Part shown: piece after piece, positions 57,104-64,000 of the stretch | Layout of the letters: every line of letters starts with the position of its first letter | How positions within the stretch are numbered: the stretch's first letter is position 1 | Assembly: GCA_026387835.1 (NCBI GenBank) | Contig: JAPLKZ010000013.1 | Location: 9,369-73,368, forward strand | Reading direction: 5' to 3' | Length of the DNA stretch: 64,000 nt | Source of the DNA: Candidatus Saganbacteria bacterium | GTDB taxonomy: Bacteria > Margulisbacteria > WOR-1 > JAKLHX01 | Program-made: the position numbers and the translations under genes | The notes under the pieces: model-generated | The model's database searches: none | What the model was told of the DNA's origin: nothing | Seen by the model: the letters and a program-made list of their open reading frames with translations, nothing else

Positions 57104-57615
57104 TGTTGCATCCTCTGGTTGTCCTTGCAAAAAATGCGATCGCTTCCTATGTCAAAGAAAAGAAGATCATCGATGTTCCCGACACTTTGATCCCCGAGAT
57201 GAAAGGCCGTGCGGGGACATTCGTATCGGTGCACACTTTAAACGGAGCTCTGCGCGGCTGCATCGGCACGTTCGCTCCCACACGGGAAAATATTGCAAGG
57301 GAGATCATCTACAATGCGATATCGGCGGCGACGCAGGACCCGAGATTCCCTCCGATAGAGGCCGATGAACTTGACGGCCTTGATATCTCGGTCGATGTGC
57401 TGAGCGAGGCTGTGCCGGTCGGCAGCATTAAAGAGCTTGATGCAAAAAAATACGGCGTGATCGTGAAAGCGGGCAACAGGAAAGGCCTTTTGCTTCCCGA
57501 TCTCGACGGCGTGGACACTCCCGAGCATCAGATCTCAATATGCAGGAGAAAAGGCGGTATCGGAGAGAGAGAACCGGCCGAGCTGTTCAAATTTACCGTA
57601 AAAAGATATCATTGA
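57103..57615 (+). CDS. AMMECR1-domain protein (AmmeMemoRadiSam system protein A family)
   Basis: …GTFVSVHTLNGALRGCIGT… conserved AMMECR1 core. Confidence 0.8.
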   Translation: MLHPLVVLAKNAIASYVKEKKIIDVPDTLIPEMKGRAGTFVSVHTLNGALRGCIGTFAPTRENIAREIIYNAISAATQDPRFPPIEADELDGLDISVDVLSEAVPVGSIKELDAKKYGVIVKAGNRKGLLLPDLDGVDTPEHQISICRRKGGIGEREPAELFKFTVKRYH

Positions 57616-57666
57616 CATAAGAACAGCATCGCGATACTCTCATATATATAAACAGAAAGGACATAT

Positions 57667-58719
57667 ATGAACAAAAAGATCAAAGCGGGTCTTATGGGGG
57701 CGGCAGGGTATGCCGGCATCGGGATAATCCAGATACTTAATGATCATCCGGAAGCGGAGATATCATGGTTGTCCAGCGAGGAAGCGCACTCGGGCAGGAA
57801 AATATCGGATATCCGGCCTTCGCTTGACGGGCTTTGCGACATGACCTGCAATCCTCCGGATATTTCAGGACTAATAGATAAAGCGGATGTCATTTTTTTG
57901 GCCGTGCCGAACGGGCTTGCGATGAAATGGGCGCCGAAGATCCTTGAAAAAGGCAGGAAAGTTATCGACATAAGCGCGGATTTCAGGATAAAGGACCTGA
58001 AGGAATATTCGAAATGGTACAAGATCGACCATGCAAGCCCCGGCCTTGTCGCTGAAGCGGTCTACGGCCTTCCGGAACTGTTCAAGGACAAGATAAAGAC
58101 TGCCCGCCTTATCGCGAACCCGGGCTGCTACCCGACAGCTTCAATACTCGGCATAGCGCCGCTTGTGAAGAACAGGCTGGTAAAAACAGAGTCGATAATA
58201 ATCGATGCGAAAAGCGGGATCTCGGGAGCAGGAGCGGCATTGACGGATATTACGCATTTTCCGGAGTGCAACGAAAATATCAGGGCATACGCGGTCGCTT
58301 CGCACCGCCACAATCCCGAGATAGACCGGATCGTCAGCGAAATAGCCGGCAAGAATATCATTACGACATTCACTCCGCACCTGGTGCCGATGAACAGGGG
58401 CATCCTTGCGACGATCTACGCGGACCTTGTATCTCCGATGTCCGTCGACGAGGTCATGGCGGCTTTCAGGGACCTGTACAAAGGCGCGGCATTCGTCAGG
58501 ATACTTGAAAAAGGAAAGCTCCCGGCGACAAAGTATGTGAGCTGTTCAAATTACTGCGATATCAATGCGGTCGTCGACGAAAGGACGAACAGGGTCATTG
58601 TGATGAGCGCGATCGATAATCTTGTAAAAGGCGCCGCGGGACAGGCGGTGCAGAACATGAACATAATGTTCGGCTTGGATGAAAGATCCGGGTTAAGGAG
58701 GATGCCGGTATACCCGTAA
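57667..58719 (+). CDS. argC: N-acetyl-gamma-glutamyl-phosphate reductase
   Basis: …LIANPGCYPTA… active-site Cys motif; N-terminal Rossmann GAAGYAG. Confidence 0.9.
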   Translation: MNKKIKAGLMGAAGYAGIGIIQILNDHPEAEISWLSSEEAHSGRKISDIRPSLDGLCDMTCNPPDISGLIDKADVIFLAVPNGLAMKWAPKILEKGRKVIDISADFRIKDLKEYSKWYKIDHASPGLVAEAVYGLPELFKDKIKTARLIANPGCYPTASILGIAPLVKNRLVKTESIIIDAKSGISGAGAALTDITHFPECNENIRAYAVASHRHNPEIDRIVSEIAGKNIITTFTPHLVPMNRGILATIYADLVSPMSVDEVMAAFRDLYKGAAFVRILEKGKLPATKYVSCSNYCDINAVVDERTNRVIVMSAIDNLVKGAAGQAVQNMNIMFGLDERSGLRRMPVYP

Positions 58720-59957
58720 TGAAAAAAGGCAAAAGCACTAAAGTCAGGATCAACGAAAAATTTAAGTTGATTGAGGGAGGCATTTGCGCTCCGAAGATGT
58801 TCCTTTCCGCAGGAACGGCTTGCGGTATAAAAAAGTCAAATAAAAAAGACATTGCGCTTATCTATACCCCGCACATTGCTTCGGCCGCGGCGGTGTTCAC
58901 GACAAATAAAGTCAAAGCAGCTCCGATACTTGTTTCTCAAAAAAATATCAAAGGGGGAAAAGCACATGCGGTAATAGTGAACTCCGGCAACGCGAACGCG
59001 TGCACGGGCAGGCAGGGAATGAAAGATGCCTGGGAGATGATAAATCAGACCGCCGCGGCGATGAAGATACTACCTTCCCATGTCCTGGTAGCGTCTACCG
59101 GAATAATAGGCGTTCCTCTTCCGACGAAGAACATCTCATCCGGTATCTGGACTGTATCAAGGATGATAAAAAGGCATGATCCTGGTGACGCGGCCGAGGC
59201 GATCATGACGACAGATACCAGGAAAAAAAGCGTGGCCGTAGAGCTCGTATTCGGAAAGAACAGGAGAGTAAGGATAGGAGGGATCGCGAAAGGCTCCGGA
59301 ATGATATGCCCTGACATGGCGACGATGATAGCGGTACTGACAACGGACGCGCTCATCGGTCCAAAACCGCTTCAAAAAGCGCTGAAAGAAGCGGTCAGCG
59401 ATTCTTTCAACATGCTGACCGTTGACAATGATATGAGCACCAACGACTGCGTATTCATTTTAGCCAACGGGCAGAGCGAGAAAGTGACCACGGGTAAAAA
59501 GTTCGAGCAATTTGTCAGCGCGTTGAAATATGTCTGCTGCTGCCTTGCAAAAGAGATCGCGCGGGACGGGGAAGGCGCGACAAAACTCATCACGATCAAT
59601 GTCACGGGAGCACGATCAAAGGAGGACGCGAGAAAGACGGCAAAATCCATTGCGGGTTCCAGCCTTTTTAAATGTGCTGTGTTCGGCACGGACCCGAATT
59701 TCGGCAGGATCCTTGCGGCTGCAGGATACTCGGGTGCCGGAATTGATCCCGACAGGATAGAAGTGGACATTGAAGGCGTAAAACTTGTGAAAAATGGCGT
59801 GCCGCTCAGGTTTGACGCGCAAAAAGCTGTCGGATGCCTGAAAAAAGATAAAGTCATAATAAATGTGGACCTTAATCAGGGAAAATACAGCGCGACGGCA
59901 TGGGGCTGCGACATGACGGAAGGTTATATAAAAATAAACGCGCACTATCATACATAG
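58719..59957 (+). CDS. argJ: Bifunctional ornithine acetyltransferase/N-acetylglutamate synthase
   Basis: ATML self-cleavage site context (…DMATMIAVLTTD…); 412 aa. Confidence 0.9.
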   Translation: MKKGKSTKVRINEKFKLIEGGICAPKMFLSAGTACGIKKSNKKDIALIYTPHIASAAAVFTTNKVKAAPILVSQKNIKGGKAHAVIVNSGNANACTGRQGMKDAWEMINQTAAAMKILPSHVLVASTGIIGVPLPTKNISSGIWTVSRMIKRHDPGDAAEAIMTTDTRKKSVAVELVFGKNRRVRIGGIAKGSGMICPDMATMIAVLTTDALIGPKPLQKALKEAVSDSFNMLTVDNDMSTNDCVFILANGQSEKVTTGKKFEQFVSALKYVCCCLAKEIARDGEGATKLITINVTGARSKEDARKTAKSIAGSSLFKCAVFGTDPNFGRILAAAGYSGAGIDPDRIEVDIEGVKLVKNGVPLRFDAQKAVGCLKKDKVIINVDLNQGKYSATAWGCDMTEGYIKINAHYHT

Positions 59958-59967
59958 GGAGAGGATC

Positions 59968-60831
59968 ATGTTTGAAAAGCTGATCAAAAGGGCCGAGGTC
60001 GTAATAGAAGCGCTTCCGTACCTTCGAAAGTTCTACGGGAAGACGATCGTGATAAAATACGGCGGCAACGCGATGCTTGAAAAGGAACTGAAGGCAAAAG
60101 TGGTGCAGGACGTCATCCTGCTCAGGTATGTCGGGATGAACCCTGTCCTGATACATGGCGGCGGTCCGGAAATAAGCAAAGAACTGAAGAAAAAAAAGAT
60201 CGAGACAAAATTCCTCGAAGGGCTGCGCATCACTGACGAAAAGACCATGGAAGTGGTCGAAAAAGTACTCACGAGGGTGAATTCAAAGATCGTCGCTTTA
60301 CTAAACAAGGGCGGCCGTATAGCAAGAGGCATCTCCGGGAAAAAAGGGAAAATAATCAGGGCAAGAAAGCATGTCTTTTTCAGGAACAAGCAGAAGATAG
60401 ACATCGGGTTCGTGGGCGACGTCACGAAAATTGACGCAAAGGCCCTGCGGCAGATGATCACAAAAGGGGCGATCCCCGTCATCTCATCGATCGGATTTGA
60501 CGGAAAAGGCAGGGTCTACAACATAAACGCGGATTCAGTCGCGGCGGAGATAGCCGCGGCTCTCGGAGCCTCAAAGCTTATACTTCTTACGAATGTTATG
60601 GGGGTACTTGATAAGAACGGCAGGCTGATATCACAGATAAACGCTTCAAGGACGAGAAGGCTGATAAAAAAGGGTGTCATCTCCGGCGGCATGATACCAA
60701 AGGTCAAGTGCGGGCTGTTCGCGCTTAAAAAAGGCGTCGAAAAAGTCCATATCCTTGACGGGCGCGTCCCGCATGCCATTCTTCTGGAACTCTTTACCGA
60801 TTTCGGTATCGGGACCATGGTGGAAAGATAA
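59968..60831 (+). CDS. argB: Acetylglutamate kinase
   Basis: …IVIKYGGNAM…LIHGGGP… AAK-family signature. Confidence 0.9.
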   Translation: MFEKLIKRAEVVIEALPYLRKFYGKTIVIKYGGNAMLEKELKAKVVQDVILLRYVGMNPVLIHGGGPEISKELKKKKIETKFLEGLRITDEKTMEVVEKVLTRVNSKIVALLNKGGRIARGISGKKGKIIRARKHVFFRNKQKIDIGFVGDVTKIDAKALRQMITKGAIPVISSIGFDGKGRVYNINADSVAAEIAAALGASKLILLTNVMGVLDKNGRLISQINASRTRRLIKKGVISGGMIPKVKCGLFALKKGVEKVHILDGRVPHAILLELFTDFGIGTMVER

Positions 60832-60906
60832 ATACGGCCACTGCCTACATTAATATACAAGTTATGTCGGCAATACCTCGATATATATAAATGAGTATAT
60901 AAAATT

Positions 60907-61743
60907 ATGGAAATATCACGCATAGGAGCAGTGGGCGCGAGCCCTGTATCGTCTGCCCTTCCGTTCAAGGTGGGAATGCCGGGAGAACATATACCCGTCC
61001 ATACACCCGCGGGGATGGAGATCAGGCAGAGGATATTTCGTGGTTTCGGTATAGAGGTCCTTGACAGCGATGTCAGGTTCTCAAAAGCAGAACTCATTAT
61101 GATCGAAAAGATCCTTTTGGACCTCAGAAAAAAGAAAAAAAACCATCTTCTTGGCGTCAAAGAGATCGTGAAGAACAAAGAAATGAGAGTAAGGCTTTTG
61201 AATAACGCTCTGATACATGCCGGCGGGGCTTATGTGGCCGAACAAAAGCGCATATATCTTTTTGACGAGCTTCCTCAGGAAGAGATCCAGGAAGTCCTTG
61301 TCCACGAGATCGGGCACGCGGTAAACCATTTCAATCTTTCTTTCGAAAGGTTCATGGACTTTGTAAGGCAGAGCGGCTGGAACATGACCGAGATGAGAAG
61401 GGTGTTCTTCAACAGCAACCGGATGTACCAGTTCGGCGTGAAACCCCTGGAGATACCGAAGGACAAATGGGGGAACGTCTGGAACCGCTTCAGCCTGAAC
61501 TCTCTCTCGAAGGACCAGGATACTTTCGGAGAGATATTTTTGCAGCTGCCGAGGAACACCGGCGCTCCGTGGGACAAGAACCCCCTTGAAAAGTTCGCGT
61601 GGGCTTACGAGTGGTTCTACGATAAAAAGGACAGGTTCAAGCTGATCGCCGAAAAAGCAAAAGAAGAAGGAGACCCCACTTTGAGCGAAGCTTTCAAATT
61701 CATGGAAAAAGAAGTCTTTTCGGACGAAGAACAAAAAAATTAA
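60907..61743 (+). CDS. Hypothetical protein with a HEIGH (HExxH) zinc-metallopeptidase-like motif
   Basis: 278 aa; VHEIGHAVNH; no signal peptide; no SD. Confidence 0.4.
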   Translation: MEISRIGAVGASPVSSALPFKVGMPGEHIPVHTPAGMEIRQRIFRGFGIEVLDSDVRFSKAELIMIEKILLDLRKKKKNHLLGVKEIVKNKEMRVRLLNNALIHAGGAYVAEQKRIYLFDELPQEEIQEVLVHEIGHAVNHFNLSFERFMDFVRQSGWNMTEMRRVFFNSNRMYQFGVKPLEIPKDKWGNVWNRFSLNSLSKDQDTFGEIFLQLPRNTGAPWDKNPLEKFAWAYEWFYDKKDRFKLIAEKAKEEGDPTLSEAFKFMEKEVFSDEEQKN

Positions 61744-61794
61744 GATCCATGCCGAATATCCTATCTCCAAAATCGGAAATGCTACAATATCCTC

Positions 61795-63234
61795 ATGATA
61801 ATCAAGACCGATCAGGACACGATAAGACCATTCCTCGAGGATGCTTCAGGCCTGACCGGAGCGCACACGGATAAAGTATTCCTTGCAGAAAATACCGGAG
61901 AAGTTTCCGAATTGTTAAAAGAATGCTCTTCAAAAAATATTACCGTTACTGTCTCCGGCGGGGGCACGGGCGTGACAGGAGGCAGGCTTCCGTTTGAAGG
62001 AGTCGTTCTCGCGACGGACAGATTGAACAGAATACTTGACCTTAAGCCTGGCTCGATAGTTGTCCAGTCCGGCGTGCCGATAACGGAAATTCATAAAGCA
62101 GCCGGTTCTATCGGATATTTTTACCCTCCGGACGCTACGGAATGGACGGCTTTTATCGGGGGGAATATTGCCACAAACGCTTCGGGAGCGAGGACGTTTA
62201 AATACGGGGCGACGAGAAAATATATAAAGAGGATAAAAGTTGTCCTGAGTAATGGAGATATTATCGATGTCGAAAGAGGCAGACTATTAGCAAAGAGTAA
62301 TATTCTCGAAATCCGAAATACGAAATCCGAAATTCGAAACAAATTCGAAATCCCAAATTATAAAATCCCAAATATAAAAAATGCGGCGGGGTATTATTCC
62401 AGGAAGAACATGGACCTGATCGATCTGTTCATCGGAAGCGAAGGCACTCTCGGAGTGATCGCTGAAGCGGAATTAAGTTTGCTGAAAAAAGAGGGGTTTG
62501 TTTTCGCCTGTTTTTCATTCTTCAACAGATTGAACGACGCGCTCAACTTTGTGGCCGAAGCGAAAAAATGCGATGCGCTCGCGATAGAATTCTTTGATGC
62601 CAGGGCTCTGGACCTCTTGCGGACAAAATATCTTAACATGCCGAAAGCCGCTGCCTGCGTGTTCTTTGAGGAAGAGATCACTACGGAAAAAGAAAAAGAT
62701 TATCTTGAAAGATGGGGAAACCTGCTGGAAAAACACAATGTATCTTTGGACGACGTCTGGACATCGGAGACTCCCGAAAAAGCGCAGGAGTTCAAGGATA
62801 TGAGACATTCTGTCCCCGAGCTTGTGAACGAGATCGTAAAGAAAAGAGGCTTTCCGAAACTGGGGACGGATATTGCCGTGCCGGACAGGGCTTTTGCCGA
62901 AATGTTCGGTCTTTACGAAAAGACTTTGTTGTCCTCGAATATCGACAGCCTGATATTCGGGCATATCGGGGATAACCACCTTCACGTGAATATGCTTCCT
63001 AAAGACAGCGATGAGGCCGAAAAGGTCAAGGACATCTATATTTCTTTTGTGAGGAGAGCAATAAGCCTGGGAGGGACCGTTTCGGCCGAGCACGGGATAG
63101 GGAAGATCAAGCACAGGTTCCTGAAAGAGATGTATGGCGACAGAGGGATACTGGAAATGACAAGGGTCAAGAAAAGTCTGGACCCGGATCTTATCTTAGG
63201 TTTGGGGAATATCTTTCCGAAGGAACTGCTTTAA
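61795..63234 (+). CDS. FAD-linked oxidase (GlcD/D-lactate dehydrogenase family) carrying an in-frame low-complexity insertion
   Basis: FAD-binding PCMH domain (…VTVSGGGTGVTGG…), then …NAAGYY…SEGTLGVI… and a C-terminal cap domain. Confidence 0.85.
   Translation: MIIKTDQDTIRPFLEDASGLTGAHTDKVFLAENTGEVSELLKECSSKNITVTVSGGGTGVTGGRLPFEGVVLATDRLNRILDLKPGSIVVQSGVPITEIHKAAGSIGYFYPPDATEWTAFIGGNIATNASGARTFKYGATRKYIKRIKVVLSNGDIIDVERGRLLAKSNILEIRNTKSEIRNKFEIPNYKIPNIKNAAGYYSRKNMDLIDLFIGSEGTLGVIAEAELSLLKKEGFVFACFSFFNRLNDALNFVAEAKKCDALAIEFFDARALDLLRTKYLNMPKAAACVFFEEEITTEKEKDYLERWGNLLEKHNVSLDDVWTSETPEKAQEFKDMRHSVPELVNEIVKKRGFPKLGTDIAVPDRAFAEMFGLYEKTLLSSNIDSLIFGHIGDNHLHVNMLPKDSDEAEKVKDIYISFVRRAISLGGTVSAEHGIGKIKHRFLKEMYGDRGILEMTRVKKSLDPDLILGLGNIFPKELL
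62307..62380 (+). repeat. Tandem heptamer-like microsatellite (CGAAATN)x5 and degenerate copies inside the oxidase coding sequence
   Basis: cgaaatc cgaaata cgaaatc cgaaatt cgaaaca aattcgaaatc ccaaatt ataaaatc ccaaata…; it encodes LEIRNTKSEIRNKFEIPNYKIPNIKN. Confidence 0.7.
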
Positions 63235-63317
63235 GCCTTGCCGAGCCTCTTGCGTTTCTTGAGGTTTTCTTTCCTGCGTTTTCTTCTGCGCTTGAGCTCT
63301 TTTTGTCTTTCTCTCAT
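63231..63317 (-). CDS. Tiny, highly basic 28-aa ORF (MRERQKELKRRRKRRKENLKKRKRLGKA)
   Basis: Found by manual translation; TATAAT 8 nt upstream of the ATG; convergent with the oxidase stop codon and overlapping it. May be spurious. Confidence 0.2.
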   Translation of the reverse strand: MRERQKELKRRRKRRKENLKKRKRLGKA

Positions 63318-63364
63318 ATATTACCATTATACATAATGCTTAGGTTATTGTAAAATATGCTTGT

Positions 63365-63397
63365 CGGGGCGCCCCGATCCGATCGGGGTGCCCGCCA
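63365..63397. repeat. GC-rich compound palindrome (CGGGGCGCCCCG overlapping CCCCGATCCGATCGGGG)
   Basis: Two overlapping perfect dyads in an otherwise AT-moderate intergenic region, just upstream of rluD. Confidence 0.6.
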
Positions 63398-63405
63398 TAA
63401 AACTT

Positions 63406-64000
63406 ATGCGTGAATATATCGTCCCGAAAGAATACGAACATTTAAGGCTTGATCTTTTTCTCGCGAAAAAGCTCCCGTCGATGAGCAGGTCGTTCGTTCA
63501 GAAACTTATAAAAAGCGGTCAGGTGAAGGTCAGGGGGAAGATCGACAGGAAGGCCTCCCGCGAACTTATCCATAACGACACAGTTGAAGTAGATATCCCT
63601 CCCATGAAAAGGAATGAATCTGTTCCGGAAGACATCCCTCTGGATATAGTCTATGAGGACGACCAGCTAATCGTGATAAACAAACCTTCCGGGATGGTGG
63701 TCCATCCCGCGCACGGCAATAGGACGGGGACCCTTGTTAACGCTTTGCTCCACCACTGCAAAGATCTATCGGGTATAGGTGGCGTAGAACGGCCGGGGAT
63801 CGTTCACCGACTGGATAAAGACACATCAGGGGTCATGGTCATCGCAAAAACGGATCAAACTCACAGGTATCTTGCGAACCTTTTCAAAAACCGGCAGATC
63901 ACAAAAAAATATCTCGCGCTGGTACACGGAAATGTTAAAGATGATTCGGGGACTATCATCGCTTCGATAGGCAGAAGCCCGTCCGACAGGAAAAAGATGG
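63406..64000 (+). CDS. rluD: RluD-family 23S rRNA pseudouridine synthase (C-terminus beyond the window)
   Basis: N-terminal S4 domain (…RLDLFLAKKL…SRSFVQKLIKSGQVKV…); catalytic HRLDKDTSGVMVIAKT. Confidence 0.85.
   Translation, partial: MREYIVPKEYEHLRLDLFLAKKLPSMSRSFVQKLIKSGQVKVRGKIDRKASRELIHNDTVEVDIPPMKRNESVPEDIPLDIVYEDDQLIVINKPSGMVVHPAHGNRTGTLVNALLHHCKDLSGIGGVERPGIVHRLDKDTSGVMVIAKTDQTHRYLANLFKNRQITKKYLALVHGNVKDDSGTIIASIGRSPSDRKKM

Noticed and set aside
1-64000. CRISPR arrays, transposases, integrases, phage genes
   Set aside because: I scanned all six frames and repeat content and found no regularly spaced direct repeats, no DDE/tyrosine-recombinase motifs and no phage structural proteins.

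Overview
This 64 kb window is chromosomal DNA from a Gram-negative-type bacterium with roughly 45% GC. I infer the Gram-negative architecture from TolC-family factors, a FadL-like outer-membrane protein and an RND pump, not from any database search. Gene density is high on both strands. Content in order along the window:

- The N-terminal part of ilvD, then yraN-like and a YifB/ComM-type ATPase.
- A MarR-regulated RND efflux operon (adaptor, pump, a small PII-like ORF, TolC).
- A BASS-type transporter.
- A minus-strand ABC exporter module (HlyD, two ATPases, two ABC-2 permeases, TolC).
- A large nitrogen-assimilation supercluster, 16081..31687. It begins with a GAF-sigma54 activator of NifA type. 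Then come sigma54 promoters, a secreted protein, two tandem amtB copies, glnK, glnA, a stand-alone Fis-like HTH gene, gltB and gltD. It ends with an unusual pseudo-KaiC/PEP-utilising ATP-grasp fusion protein translationally coupled to gltD.
- tRNA-Met(CAU), rluA and a flavin reductase.
- An accessory-looking block, 33180..43211. It holds a giant secreted HExxH/beta-propeller/beta-barrel protein, two paralogous MBL-fold proteins, two paralogous secreted YkuD-like (L,D-transpeptidase motif) proteins, tRNA-Glu and a FadL-family outer-membrane channel.
- The ppdK-dgt-dnaG-rpoD macromolecular-synthesis operon on the minus strand, preceded by tRNA-Ala.
- Two small ORFs, then rsfS, an LCP-family gene and yqeK.
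- A GlmU-like nucleotidyltransferase, a degenerate (ATPase-dead) sigma54-activator homolog, a phosphohexomutase, a Memo-like/AMMECR1 pair, argC-argJ-argB, a HEIGH-motif protein, and an FAD-linked oxidase carrying an in-frame microsatellite-like insertion.
- A tiny basic ORF, a GC-rich compound palindrome and the start of rluD.

No CRISPR array, integrase or transposase was seen. The most interesting candidates are the gltD-coupled pseudo-KaiC/PPDK_N protein, a recurrent TACA-N4-TGTA motif placed like an enhancer for the sigma54 activator, and the mirrored MBL/YkuD paralog block around tRNA-Glu.
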